From positions 1-64,000 of the IMG/VR virus record IMGVR_UViG_3300048930_000155: 64,000 bases of DNA; one strand, written 5' to 3'. Below, in pieces: positions 27,618-37,556 of this stretch. Below the pieces are notes generated by a model. The model was not told the origin of the DNA and searched no databases. It was given only the letters and a program-made list of their open reading frames with translations. Source of the stretch: an uncultured virus (IMG/VR IMGVR_UViG_3300048930_000155) (lineage: Duplodnaviria; Heunggongvirae; Uroviricota; Caudoviricetes). Within the stretch, counting starts at the first letter, position 1. Each line of letters opens with the position of its first letter. The position numbers and the translations under genes are program-made.

Positions 27618-30600
27618 ATGGCAGCAAATACAGTTGCAACACTTAATGGATTTTTTAAAGAACTTTATGCGAATCAAGTAGAAAACTTAGTTCCTGATAA
27701 CGTAGTCCTCATGAAAGAAGTTGACTTCGTTCCCATGGACAAACAAACCGGTAATCTCTAAAAGTTGAAGATGGAGATTGCGGGTAGAAAAAGCCCCCGC
27801 TATATGGTAGAATCCTTTTAGGAACAATACCTTGAAGAATTATAAAGTATATCAAATCCAAGATATAAATGACAAGACGGTCTACGTAGGGCTGACGGGT
27901 CAGCCATTATCTAGACGATTTGCTCAGCACGTTACTAAACGTAAGTGGAATAGGGCTCATTACAAAATAGTCCTTATTCAGGAGCATTTGACGCTGGATC
28001 AGGCAGTTATTTTAGAAGAGATGCTTATATTACAATATAATACTAGAGTAGACGGGTTAAACGTTAGCCCAAAGTCGATTAACGGCTATTCAAATTTACA
28101 CTCCCCTGAAATGAAGGCTAGATGGTCCAAAGACCGCAAAGGCAAGAAAGTTTCAGAAGAGCACGCAGCTAAGAATAGAATTGCAAGACTCGGACATAAA
28201 AATAGTAAAGAGCATCAGGATAAAATAATTAGACCTAAGCCGGTAATGTGTTTAGAAACTGGTAAAGTTTATAAGTCGGCTAGAGAAGCCGCTAGAGATT
28301 TAAATTTACACTATAGCAAAATTAGCTTAGTTTGTAATGGACTAAGAATTAGTACCGGCGGATATCACTTTAAATTCGTATAAAAATCGGGATGTATCGG
28401 TGAAGGCCTTATAAAAGGTTAATACCGAGGGGAATTGGACCTAACGAATCCAAAACTTCGTAACGCATACTCAGTGAACCTCGAAAGAGAATATAATCTG
28501 GGCAAGAGCTTCCGACACTTAAATGTGAAAATGTATGCTGACCTTATAGGTAACTATAAGATGTTAGAGATAAAAAACTCTAATGATAACAATAAGATCA
28601 TCAACCAGTAATTTTGGGTTAATTTGGCCCAAGTAAAATCTTCTCTGATTGACTTGAACATCCTGAGAAACAGGGCAACAAGGGGCAAGCGAAAGCAGCC
28701 TGAGAGACTAAGTGAGAAGACCCGAGAGGGATGCGATAGTCCGAACTACCGACATAAATAAAACGGTAGACCTTAGCAGAAATGTCTAAGGACTCTAGAA
28801 ATAGAGGTTAACAGAATGCACGAACACGGGTTAAAGCTTTAAGATAGCCCGGTAGACTTAGTAATAAGTTTACGAGAATTGAGGAAAAAACCTGGAAGAC
28901 TAAAGTCTAATAAGGTATAATAAAAGTATGAAACGTTTTGGATCAATATATAAAATTACCAGAATAAGCGATGGAAAAGCTTATGTAGGTAAGACTACGA
29001 GAGATTCGGTAATGGATCGATTTAATGATCATTACTGGAAAACTTCGTCTAAAATGTATATTGATATGGCTCTTCGTAAGTATGGAAGAGGCGCATTTAA
29101 GGTTGAAGAACTTTTTATAGCGTTTAGCGAGCAATCATTGAACGAGGCAGAATACTTGTTAGTGAAAGCGTATAATACTCTGAGCCCAGATGGTTTTAAT
29201 CTAAAGGACGGCGGCCACGGCGGAACAAAGCACACGCCACTAGCTCGAAAAAGAATATCGGACGGAATAAAAAGGTCTGCTAAAATTTTCAAGCCCGGAT
29301 TTAATCGTCCACACACTGAACAAACAAAGCAGCAAATATCAAGAAAATTCAGTCAAGAGAAGATAGTAGCGATATGCCTAAAAACCGGAGCTATTAAGAT
29401 TTATGACATGTTAATGGATGTCAAAAATGACGGATTTCACAAGAGCAATGTTGTTCAGATATGTAAGAAACGAAGCGCACGCCAAATGCACAAGGCGCAT
29501 ACTTTTATGTACTATTCAGACTATGTTAATCAGAACGGAAGTGTAGATATTAAAATGTCTATACACGTGCAACGCATAGGTATTGATCCTAGCTTTATTA
29601 GCTAGACTATAACATACCCACGAGTCCTCAACCCCTCTCGGGAGGGTGAAAAGATATGCTGACCTTATAGGAAACTATAAGAACTAAGGGATAAAAAGCC
29701 TTTAGGGTAACACATGTATCTTACGGAGGCTCCGCTGGAACAGCGTTTAACTTGAACGACGCTATTCCCGGAACAGTTCGCGACGCTACAATCCAAGGAT
29801 ATGAGTTCCTTCTGCGATCTCAAATTGCTTTGTCTGTAGCTACACGTTCTGCTTCTAGCAAAGCAGCTTTCGAGCGCGGCACGAAATTCATCGTAGCTAA
29901 CATGGTTCGATCTTTCGCTAAGCGATTAGAAATCGTCATGTTCTACGGTCAAAAAGAACTCGCTAAAGCTGACGACGCTATGACCGGTTCAGTACTTGAG
30001 ATTTCTCAAGCTGACTGGGCTCCTGGTATCTGGGTTGGCGCTGAGAACGCAGTAATCGAAATCTACTCTGCTGATCTTTTGACCCTTCGCGGCGAAAGAA
30101 CAATCACTGGAGTTAATTTGGAAGACCGCACCCTCACGCTGAGCTCTAACTTGGCCACAGTTGTAGCTACCGACAGGATCTTCTTCAAAGGTTCTATGGG
30201 TAACGAATTCAAAGGTCTCCACGCTATCATGACTGAGACTTCTTCTTTGTTCGGCATTAACCCTTCTCAGTACAGCTTGTTCAAAGCTACTGAATATGAT
30301 GCTGGCGGAGCTGACCTCTCTTTCGCTAAAATTCAACAAGCTATCGCTCGTGGCGTTGAAAAAGGCCTTGACGAAGACGTTCTTTGCTTGGTTAACCCCA
30401 AGACTTGGGCTAAGCTCATGACAGACCAAGCTGCTCTCCGTAAATTCGACTCTTCTTACAGTGTTGAAAAATCAGAGAACGGCGCTCAGTCTATCAAGTT
30501 CTACGCTCAGAACGGTGGAGTTGAAATCAGACCTTCTACTTACGTAAAAGAGTCTCTCGCTTTCATCTTGCCCGTAGCTGAATTGATGCGCGTTGGATCT

Positions 30601-30768
30601 ACCGACATTACCTTCAAGCAACCTCTGGACCAGACCAACGGTGGAGATGCGTTCTTCTTAGCTATACCGAACGTCGCGGGCTTCGAAATCAGAGCCTATT
30701 CGGATCAAGCATTGTTTGTCGCTTGCCCCGGTAAACTGATTCTCATTCATAACATCATCAATTCTTAA
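27618..30768 (+). CDS. Major capsid protein, spliced: join(27618..27759,28597..28619,28819..28831,29717..30768), 409 aa
   Basis: AAGGA SD; the exons join in frame to ...KQTGNL-YHQPVILG-HEHG-LSYGGSAG...; lies after the scaffold gene; highly-expressed codon style; followed by a terminator. Confidence 0.88.
27760..28596 (+). mobile_element. Group I intron 1 in the capsid gene (837 nt), carries a homing endonuclease gene
   Basis: P1 exon AATCTCT / IGS GGAGATT with U-G at the splice site; P10 TTGAAGAT/ATCATCAA; P3 TCGGGA/TTCCGA; P7 GCATA/TATGC; terminal G. Confidence 0.88.
27832..28383 (+). CDS. Intron-encoded GIY-YIG homing endonuclease with NUMOD-type tail
   Basis: VYQI...VYVGLT...RF..H, E, GLN; C-terminal ETGKVYKSAREAARDL. 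Confidence 0.88.
   Translation: MKNYKVYQIQDINDKTVYVGLTGQPLSRRFAQHVTKRKWNRAHYKIVLIQEHLTLDQAVILEEMLILQYNTRVDGLNVSPKSINGYSNLHSPEMKARWSKDRKGKKVSEEHAAKNRIARLGHKNSKEHQDKIIRPKPVMCLETGKVYKSAREAARDLNLHYSKISLVCNGLRISTGGYHFKFV
28620..28818 (+). mobile_element. Group I intron 2 in the capsid gene (199 nt, no ORF)
   Basis: P1 TTGGGT/GCCCAA; P3 TCTTCTC/GAGAAGA; canonical P7 GAGACTA...ATAGTCC; GCGAAAGC hairpin; terminal G. Confidence 0.85.
28832..29716 (+). mobile_element. Group I intron 3 in the capsid gene (885 nt), carries a homing endonuclease gene
   Basis: P1 CGGGT/GCCCG; perfect P10 TAAGATA/TATCTTA; P3 TTGAGGA/TCCTCAA; P7 GCATA/TATGC; terminal G. Confidence 0.88.
28928..29605 (+). CDS. Intron-encoded GIY-YIG homing endonuclease
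   Basis: SIYKIT...GKAYVGKT...RF..H...ALRKYG...E...PDGFNLKDGG. Confidence 0.9.
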   Translation: MKRFGSIYKITRISDGKAYVGKTTRDSVMDRFNDHYWKTSSKMYIDMALRKYGRGAFKVEELFIAFSEQSLNEAEYLLVKAYNTLSPDGFNLKDGGHGGTKHTPLARKRISDGIKRSAKIFKPGFNRPHTEQTKQQISRKFSQEKIVAICLKTGAIKIYDMLMDVKNDGFHKSNVVQICKKRSARQMHKAHTFMYYSDYVNQNGSVDIKMSIHVQRIGIDPSFIS

Positions 30769-30793
30769 ATAATTTTAAGTAATTAGCGATACT

Positions 30794-30828
30794 AACCCTC
30801 GGACCTAGAAATAGGCCGGGGGTTTTTT
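30794..30828 (+). terminator. Rho-independent terminator after the capsid gene
   Basis: AACCCTCGG-ACCT-AGAAAT-AGG-CCGGGGG followed by TTTTTT. Confidence 0.85.
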
Positions 30829-30934
30829 ATTGCCTAAAATAACTAAGAGTAGTTTGTCAGAATAAGCGCACTAGTATTATAGAATCAAACTTATTTAGTT
30901 GACTATGTGTACTAAGTGTGATATGTTTATATAC

Positions 30935-32530
30935 ATGACTTTAGATAATTATGATAAACTTCCTTACGGCATAGTTTATGTTCATATTAATAAGCATAAC
31001 GGCAAGGCATATGTAGGACAAACTAGACAAGACCCGGCTAGAAGGTTCAAAAACGAAAGTAACGGCATTAGCAGCTATGCATCTTGTAAAGCTTTTTACA
31101 GGGCTCTGAAGAAGTATTCCTGGGACGGATTTGAAACGAGTATACTAGCTTCAGCTAAAACCCAAATCGATCTAAATTGGCTAGAGGAGTACTTTATTAA
31201 CTACTACTCTGCGCTTCTTCCTAATGGGTATAACTCTGTTCTTCAGACCCCAGAAAGAGTCATATTCACTCAAGAAGTAAGGGATAAGATATCTGCAGCT
31301 AATAAGAGACCTACCGGTAAGCCAGCTTGGAACGCGTTTCGCATAGAAATGGTAGAAGGGAGGCCTCATAAAAAGTGTGGCCTGTGTAAAAGACTTCTAC
31401 CAACATCCAATTTCTCTGAAATACGAAAACGAAGGGGCGTAGTGCTAGAGCAGCCTAAATTAAATCCAAGATGCAGAGAATGCAATAATGCATATAGCTC
31501 TAAGTATGTAAAATATACCAGACTTACTCAAGAGGAGAAAAGAACTAGACTTGATGCTAAGAATGCTCGTATATCTGCAACCATATCTGCAAAATTCAAA
31601 AAAGATCCCGAATACAAGAAAAAATTGAGGGACGCTATTAAAAAGTCTCTTGTAGCAGTTCCAGTAGATTCTGATAAAACTACTTTAGTGTTCGACGCTG
31701 GCATAGAAGCCACTGCTGCTGGGTATCAAAATACGCCTATTAAAAAGTCTATCGATTCAGGTAAACCCTATAAGGGATACGTATGGAAAAGAATGCCGGA
31801 CCTTGAGCAAGACATGGCATCGGCTCTGGGCGTTAGTGGAATAAATGTCTTAAAGTCTGTGGCCATAAGTGACTACAAACTGGACCTAAAAGACCCCCAG
31901 TTACGCGGTAAGATGGTCATATGGAAGCACGAATGGCTAAATCGACGCAAGCAAGTCCTAAACTTCCTAAAACCTAAACTAGGCCTCAGTACTACTATTG
32001 GAGCGCGTAAGTGTGAGTTTAGGCCAGTAGACTGGACCACAGCTAGAGATTTCTGCGAAGCAAATCACATACAAGGGGCGCCGCAACACTCTAAGCTATC
32101 TTTAGGAGCTTTTTACAATAACGAACTAGTCGGTTTAGCCACATTCTCTAGTCATCATAGAAATTCAAACGAGATCGTGCTGTCTCGACTGTGTTTTAAG
32201 GATGACATATCGGTGGCCGGGGCACTATCTAAATTCTCTAAAATAGCCACTAAGCACTTTAACACAGCTATCTATACATGGGTCCACAAAACACTGTCTG
32301 ACGGCCAATCTTACGTTAAAGCCGGCTGGGAAGTGGTAAACGTATTAGCCCCAGACTATTTTTATGTGTCCAGCCAGGATGGTTCAGTAGTCTCCAAGCA
32401 ATCTCGTCAAAAGCGCCTAGTGAACACCCCGGCCGGAATGACCGAACTGGAGCACGCCACAAAAGATGGTTTTAAGCGCGTCTATGACTGCGGAAAGATT
32501 AAATTAGTTTACAGCGGCAACAAATATTAG
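30935..32530 (+). CDS. Free-standing GIY-YIG endonuclease fused to a Zn-ribbon and a Hef-like C-terminal domain
   Basis: GIVY...AYVGQT; CGLC/CREC; IGARKC...NHIQG...LSRLC...PDYFY...YDCG; start moved to MTLDNY after TTGACT-17-TATGTT. Confidence 0.78.
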   Translation: MTLDNYDKLPYGIVYVHINKHNGKAYVGQTRQDPARRFKNESNGISSYASCKAFYRALKKYSWDGFETSILASAKTQIDLNWLEEYFINYYSALLPNGYNSVLQTPERVIFTQEVRDKISAANKRPTGKPAWNAFRIEMVEGRPHKKCGLCKRLLPTSNFSEIRKRRGVVLEQPKLNPRCRECNNAYSSKYVKYTRLTQEEKRTRLDAKNARISATISAKFKKDPEYKKKLRDAIKKSLVAVPVDSDKTTLVFDAGIEATAAGYQNTPIKKSIDSGKPYKGYVWKRMPDLEQDMASALGVSGINVLKSVAISDYKLDLKDPQLRGKMVIWKHEWLNRRKQVLNFLKPKLGLSTTIGARKCEFRPVDWTTARDFCEANHIQGAPQHSKLSLGAFYNNELVGLATFSSHHRNSNEIVLSRLCFKDDISVAGALSKFSKIATKHFNTAIYTWVHKTLSDGQSYVKAGWEVVNVLAPDYFYVSSQDGSVVSKQSRQKRLVNTPAGMTELEHATKDGFKRVYDCGKIKLVYSGNKY

Positions 32531-32568
32531 TAGACGAATCAGCGTCAATTCCAGACGACGAGGTACTA

Positions 32569-33159
32569 ATGGACTTGCTTATAGGCATACTTAAACTGCT
32601 ATTAAACGTGTTTAAAGGCGCATCATTAAGCACAAAAGACCTGCCCCGGCCTACCTCCGTCCCCGTAAAAGAAAGTCCCGTAATCGAGCCTATAGAGCGT
32701 CTAGTGCAAGAAGACGTGGCCGTAGCTGAGCCGGCAATAACATTAGACGATTGGATTACGTCCTCAGGCAAGTACCCAGAACGTGCTACTAACCCAGAAC
32801 TTACGTATGAGATACGCTCAGCCGCCATGGGCTTAGTAGATAAAGTAAACGCCTTATTTCGAGAATTAGACTTACCAAAGCCTAAGGTGTCTTCCGGATT
32901 TCGCCCATCTGCCGTAAATGCAACTATATCCGGCGCGGCTAAGAGATCCGGCCACCTAAGAGGGCTAGCTATCGATTTTGCAGATAAAGACGGTAGTCTA
33001 GACTCTATCCTGCAATCCGACTCTGCTCAAGAAGTATTAGCTAGATTAGGCATGTGGCAAGAGCATCCCAGTAAAACCGAAGGCTGGGCACATGTAGATT
33101 ATATCGTAAGGGCAGAAATGAATCGACCTGGATGTAAGCCTCGCCAGTTCATGCCCTAA
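32569..33159 (+). CDS. Peptidase M15 family endolysin
   Basis: SSGFR, SGHLRGLAID, WAHVD zinc-peptidase motifs. Confidence 0.85.
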   Translation: MDLLIGILKLLLNVFKGASLSTKDLPRPTSVPVKESPVIEPIERLVQEDVAVAEPAITLDDWITSSGKYPERATNPELTYEIRSAAMGLVDKVNALFRELDLPKPKVSSGFRPSAVNATISGAAKRSGHLRGLAIDFADKDGSLDSILQSDSAQEVLARLGMWQEHPSKTEGWAHVDYIVRAEMNRPGCKPRQFMP

Positions 33160-33272
33160 AGCCCCGTTTATTTAGTCGGCTATTATACCTTAAATTTAGT
33201 CTACTTACGCGCACTTAACCGCGCATAACAAATCTTATTAGCTAGGGATATAATCTTAAAAGAGGTCTTTTA

Positions 33273-33743
33273 ATGGCAGTTTCAGTAACAGTAGCCGGCA
33301 TAACTTATCAGGTACCCAGTCCTAACGATGAGTTGTGGGGTGTTAATACTACAGACTATTTAGTGGCTTTAGGCGAAGAGCTAGCCAACGTAGTGGTAGT
33401 GGGGGACATACCTCCCGAAATTTTAGTAAACATTGCGGCTAGCGGGACAAACGACGTCACGGACTTTATTCTCGACTCTAGCCTAATTCAGGCCGCCACC
33501 GCCGAATACTATATCCAGCGCATATCCGACTCTCCACTAGAACTCGTAGAGTCTGGAACCCTTTATTTTAACTATAATGATGCTGCAGGCGAGTGGTCTA
33601 TAGCTCAAGTCGGCAGTAAAGTGGGCGAGACCCTAGTCACGTTCGCAATGAACGTAAACCAGCTTCAGTACACAGCTTCGGCTATGTCGGGAACTTACAT
33701 CTCAGGCAAAATGCGCTTTCGAGTGAGAGCGTTACCTAAATAA
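33273..33743 (+). CDS. Virion structural protein
   Basis: C-terminus (LQYT...KMRFRVRAL) resembles that of the 37905 gene. Confidence 0.7.
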   Translation: MAVSVTVAGITYQVPSPNDELWGVNTTDYLVALGEELANVVVVGDIPPEILVNIAASGTNDVTDFILDSSLIQAATAEYYIQRISDSPLELVESGTLYFNYNDAAGEWSIAQVGSKVGETLVTFAMNVNQLQYTASAMSGTYISGKMRFRVRALPK

Positions 33744-33748
33744 CAATT

Positions 33749-34411
33749 ATGCAAATATATCAAATACTAAATACAGTTAATAATAAGTGTTATATAGGTA
33801 AGACTTATAAGTGCTTTAAGTATAGATACGGAAAATGCTGGGCTACGGCCACAACAAACGTAGCGCTAAAGCGTGCAGCTGCGAAGTATGGTATAGACAA
33901 TTTTAAAGTCGTAATCTTATTTAATATGTACTCAAATGACCATAGCTTACTACAGGAACTAGAAAAATATTACATAGCAAAGTATAGAAGTAATTTACAA
34001 GAATTTGGGTACAATATGACCTCGGGCGGGGACGGTAGTGTTCAATTTAATGAAGAAAGCAGAAAAAAATTATCGCAAAGTAAAAAAGGTAAAAAGCCTG
34101 CCCACCTGCACACTCCGGCCATGGTGGCTAAAAGAATTGCGGCATGTCGAGCAGCTTGTTTAGGTAAGAAAATGCCAGAAGAACAGGTCAAAAAAATGTC
34201 CGAAAAAAAGAAATTTGTCTTTACGTTTGAGAAAAATGGAAACAAAACTTCTTTTCTCGGACTAAGCAGCGCAGCAAGAGCATATGGTATAAGTTTAAGA
34301 ACACTAGGGCGCTGTATGAATGATAAGTCCGCCTCAAATAACAAAAAAGATAGAGTAGTATTTATCTCAAAACATAAACAACAATTTCCGGAAAATGAAG
34401 GAAACACATAA
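33749..34411 (+). CDS. Free-standing GIY-YIG homing endonuclease
   Basis: QIYQILN...CYIGKT, KYG, GYNMTSGG; AT-rich; basic NUMOD3-like repeats. Confidence 0.88.
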   Translation: MQIYQILNTVNNKCYIGKTYKCFKYRYGKCWATATTNVALKRAAAKYGIDNFKVVILFNMYSNDHSLLQELEKYYIAKYRSNLQEFGYNMTSGGDGSVQFNEESRKKLSQSKKGKKPAHLHTPAMVAKRIAACRAACLGKKMPEEQVKKMSEKKKFVFTFEKNGNKTSFLGLSSAARAYGISLRTLGRCMNDKSASNNKKDRVVFISKHKQQFPENEGNT

Positions 34412-34413
34412 TT

Positions 34414-37281
34414 ATGGATACCCCATTCAAAATAAAAAAGTCCGCAGTACTGATTCCCGTAGCTAGTCCTACACTCACTGTGCAAGGCGAAATAGCGTAC
34501 GATAGCGCCACTGACAAAGCTAAGATTCGCGGAGCTTCTACCACTGATTCTCTAGTTTCTGAAGACAAAGCTCAGGACCTTAACAATAAAAACATAGAGT
34601 CTAGTACCATCGACGCCGACGCCAATACGCTTTTAAACGTAGCAGATGCTAATATCAAAGCCGGCGCGGCCATTGACGCTACTAAGATCGCAGACGGTTC
34701 TGTATCTAACGCAGAGTATCAGTACTTAGACGGCGTTAGCGCTCCTATTCAAGGTCAATTAGATGATAAAGTCGAAGGGCCAGCGGTATCAGTAGATAAT
34801 ACTTTACCAAGATTCGATGGCACAGGTGGAGACGTAATCCAAGCTTCTGGAATTGTAGTCAGCGATACTGACGAAGTTTCCGGAATTACGCAGCTAGACG
34901 TGGACGATGTGCGTATTGACGCTAATACAGTATCATCGCCTACCTCGTCATTAGACTTATCTGCGGCTGCAGGTAATAACATAAATCTAACTGTTTCGGG
35001 TGGCGGCGCTATCGCAGCTACTGGGCCAGTAGAAGTTAGCGGCTCCCTTGCCGTAGACAATCTGTCTTTTGACGGTAATACAATTGCATCTACAGATACA
35101 AATGGGAATATTACCCTTTTGCCAGATGGTACTGGGATCGTCGATCTTCAGGCACCTACCACCGTAACTGGACTTTTAAACGTAGACAATCTTCGCCTGG
35201 ACGGCAATACTCTTAGCTCGACGGACACTAACGGCAACATATTACTAGATCCTAACGGGACTGGAGTAGTTTCTGTAGAAGGATCGCCGCTAAGATTGCC
35301 TGAATTAGCTACTCCAGCTACGCCAGCTTCTGGGTATCTCAATCTGTATGCTAAATCAGACGGATTCTTGTACCAGCAGAATGATGATGGGACTGAGTCT
35401 AAAGTAGGCGCGGGCAGCGGCGGCGGCATAAACTATATCCAGAACCCCGACGCGGAAAGTTCAACTACTGGGTGGACTACTTATGCAGACGGCTCTGCTA
35501 TCCCTGTAGACGGCACTGGCGGCTCGCCTACAGCCACTTGGACTAGATCTACTAGTTCACCATTAGTTGGCGCAGCTAGCTTTTTGTATACGCCAGGAGC
35601 TCTCGGAAACGGTGTAAGTACAGACTTTACGGTAGATTCAGCTTTGAAGGCTCAAGTTCTTACCGGCACAGTGTACATGGAAATAAATACGCCCTCTAGC
35701 TTTGATAATGGTGACTTGGCTATCTGGATCTACGATGTGACTAATGCGCTGCTCATTCAGCCCAGTAATTATAGCATCCAGCGGGTTATTGGCTCCGCAG
35801 AACTTAGATTTGAATTTCAAGCAGCATCGAACTCAACAAGCTACAGGCTTTTGATTCATCAAGTGACAGCGGACACTGGATACACCGTGAAGTTCGATAA
35901 CTTCCAGGTAGGTCCAAGTAAGGTCGTAAATGGCGCAGTAATAACGGGACCAACTTCTTATTCTCCAACATTTGAGGGTCTTGGAACAGTTTCCGCTCTT
36001 ACGGCGTATTACTGGAGAGATGGGGCGGACTTGGTTGTTCACTTTACCGTGACTGGCGGAACGCACTCTGGAACGGCTGTTTCAATTTCACTTCCAGCAG
36101 GTACTACAGCAGACAGCACAAAAATCGGTCAAAACACAGTTGTGGGCGATTTAGCCGCATCTGCGACGCCCTTCAGCGGAACTATTGCAAAAGCATCTGC
36201 AAACGATAAAGTATTTTTAATTGGTAGCGGATCGTCTTTGACGGCAGGTAGTCCAGGAACAACGTGGGCTAACGGCACTATTTTCGGAGGAAACTTCCGA
36301 GTTCCTATCTCTGGTTGGGGAGCAACCGCAATTCTCGGACAAGACGCTGACACGAGAGATATTTCCGCCATATATCAAATCAGCGGCGCAACTGCTACGC
36401 CAACACTCACTACCGCTAACACCTTTGTTGTTGATTGCAACGTGAAGATTAAAGACACTCACAGCGCGGTTACAACCGGAGCTTCTTGGAATTTTCGGGC
36501 ACCAGTTGCCGGAGATTATGAAGTGAATGGATATGTCACACTCGGGAACGTCACAGCGGGTGCAGTAAACAATGGAACAAGTCTTCGAGTTTTCAAAAAC
36601 GGCACTCAATTTGGTTATTTAGATGCCCAGCGTTATCCAACTACTTCATCGTTTAGTATTATTAACTCAGGGACTCTCATTGTTCCTTGCGTGGCCGGAG
36701 ATTTAATAGACGTTAGGATCTCTCAAGCTTCTGGAAGTAGTACAATAGTTTCAACTGGAGGTTCAGGAGCTGATTGCGCAATATCTATAAAAAGGTCTGC
36801 GGGGCCTGCACAAATCGCTGCAAGTGAAGTTGTTTCTTTGAGCTATGGAAATGCATTAGGAACTAGCATCTCGAACAACACAGACACGGTTTTGCCATTC
36901 GCTACTCTTGCGCACAATACTCATGATGGGACATGGAACACTTCAACTAACAGATTTACTGCTCCAATTTCTGGATTGTATGACATTCGAGCAATTGTCA
37001 CATTTGCCTCTGAAAACGGTTGGGCTGTAAACGAACGCGCTGAACTTGAAATTAGGAAAAATGGATCTGTCACATTCCCCGATAGGAAAACTCTTGCAAG
37101 ATTCGGCGGCGTAACTGGCACATCAATAGTTGTTAGTTTGAATGGTGGTACAACTATGAGAATGGACGCAGGAGACTACATTGAGTTTTACATTAACCAA
37201 AACTCAGGCGGGACTGTTCCGCTGAGCGCTTCCGCTCAACAAAATCATTTCAGCATAAATAAACGGGGCGGGATAGGTTGA
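34414..37281 (+). CDS. Tail fibre / receptor-binding protein
   Basis: 955 aa; VDNL..DGNT.SSTDTNGNI repeats; two C-terminal F.AP..G.Y beta-sandwich (C1q-like) domains. Confidence 0.8.
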   Translation: MDTPFKIKKSAVLIPVASPTLTVQGEIAYDSATDKAKIRGASTTDSLVSEDKAQDLNNKNIESSTIDADANTLLNVADANIKAGAAIDATKIADGSVSNAEYQYLDGVSAPIQGQLDDKVEGPAVSVDNTLPRFDGTGGDVIQASGIVVSDTDEVSGITQLDVDDVRIDANTVSSPTSSLDLSAAAGNNINLTVSGGGAIAATGPVEVSGSLAVDNLSFDGNTIASTDTNGNITLLPDGTGIVDLQAPTTVTGLLNVDNLRLDGNTLSSTDTNGNILLDPNGTGVVSVEGSPLRLPELATPATPASGYLNLYAKSDGFLYQQNDDGTESKVGAGSGGGINYIQNPDAESSTTGWTTYADGSAIPVDGTGGSPTATWTRSTSSPLVGAASFLYTPGALGNGVSTDFTVDSALKAQVLTGTVYMEINTPSSFDNGDLAIWIYDVTNALLIQPSNYSIQRVIGSAELRFEFQAASNSTSYRLLIHQVTADTGYTVKFDNFQVGPSKVVNGAVITGPTSYSPTFEGLGTVSALTAYYWRDGADLVVHFTVTGGTHSGTAVSISLPAGTTADSTKIGQNTVVGDLAASATPFSGTIAKASANDKVFLIGSGSSLTAGSPGTTWANGTIFGGNFRVPISGWGATAILGQDADTRDISAIYQISGATATPTLTTANTFVVDCNVKIKDTHSAVTTGASWNFRAPVAGDYEVNGYVTLGNVTAGAVNNGTSLRVFKNGTQFGYLDAQRYPTTSSFSIINSGTLIVPCVAGDLIDVRISQASGSSTIVSTGGSGADCAISIKRSAGPAQIAASEVVSLSYGNALGTSISNNTDTVLPFATLAHNTHDGTWNTSTNRFTAPISGLYDIRAIVTFASENGWAVNERAELEIRKNGSVTFPDRKTLARFGGVTGTSIVVSLNGGTTMRMDAGDYIEFYINQNSGGTVPLSASAQQNHFSINKRGGIG

Positions 37282-37285
37282 GTGT

Positions 37286-37555
37286 ATGGCAAAAACTACT
37301 AAAGGATTAGCTAACGTAGAAGGATCACAAGTACTACAGGGATCGGTTAATCTCGAAGACCAGTCCATTACGACTAGCGGCTTTCTAGTTGGTAAGATCG
37401 GGCGCAAAATTACCCAAACTATACTAACTACTACAGTGCCCAACGATACTACAGATTTAGAATTTTCAGAAAACGCCGCAGTACTGTACACTTTACGCAT
37501 TATTTACACTGACGGAACTAGGCAGACCCTACTCTCTGCCGAGAGGGTAGTATAA
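37286..37555 (+). CDS. Small structural protein
   Basis: ORF in late operon. Confidence 0.65.
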   Translation: MAKTTKGLANVEGSQVLQGSVNLEDQSITTSGFLVGKIGRKITQTILTTTVPNDTTDLEFSENAAVLYTLRIIYTDGTRQTLLSAERVV

Positions 37556-37556
37556 C

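Noticed and set aside
27618..27761. Capsid pseudogene or premature stop; ORF 29752..30768 as the complete capsid gene
   Set aside because: The TAA spans the exon/intron boundary, and removing three introns restores a continuous frame.
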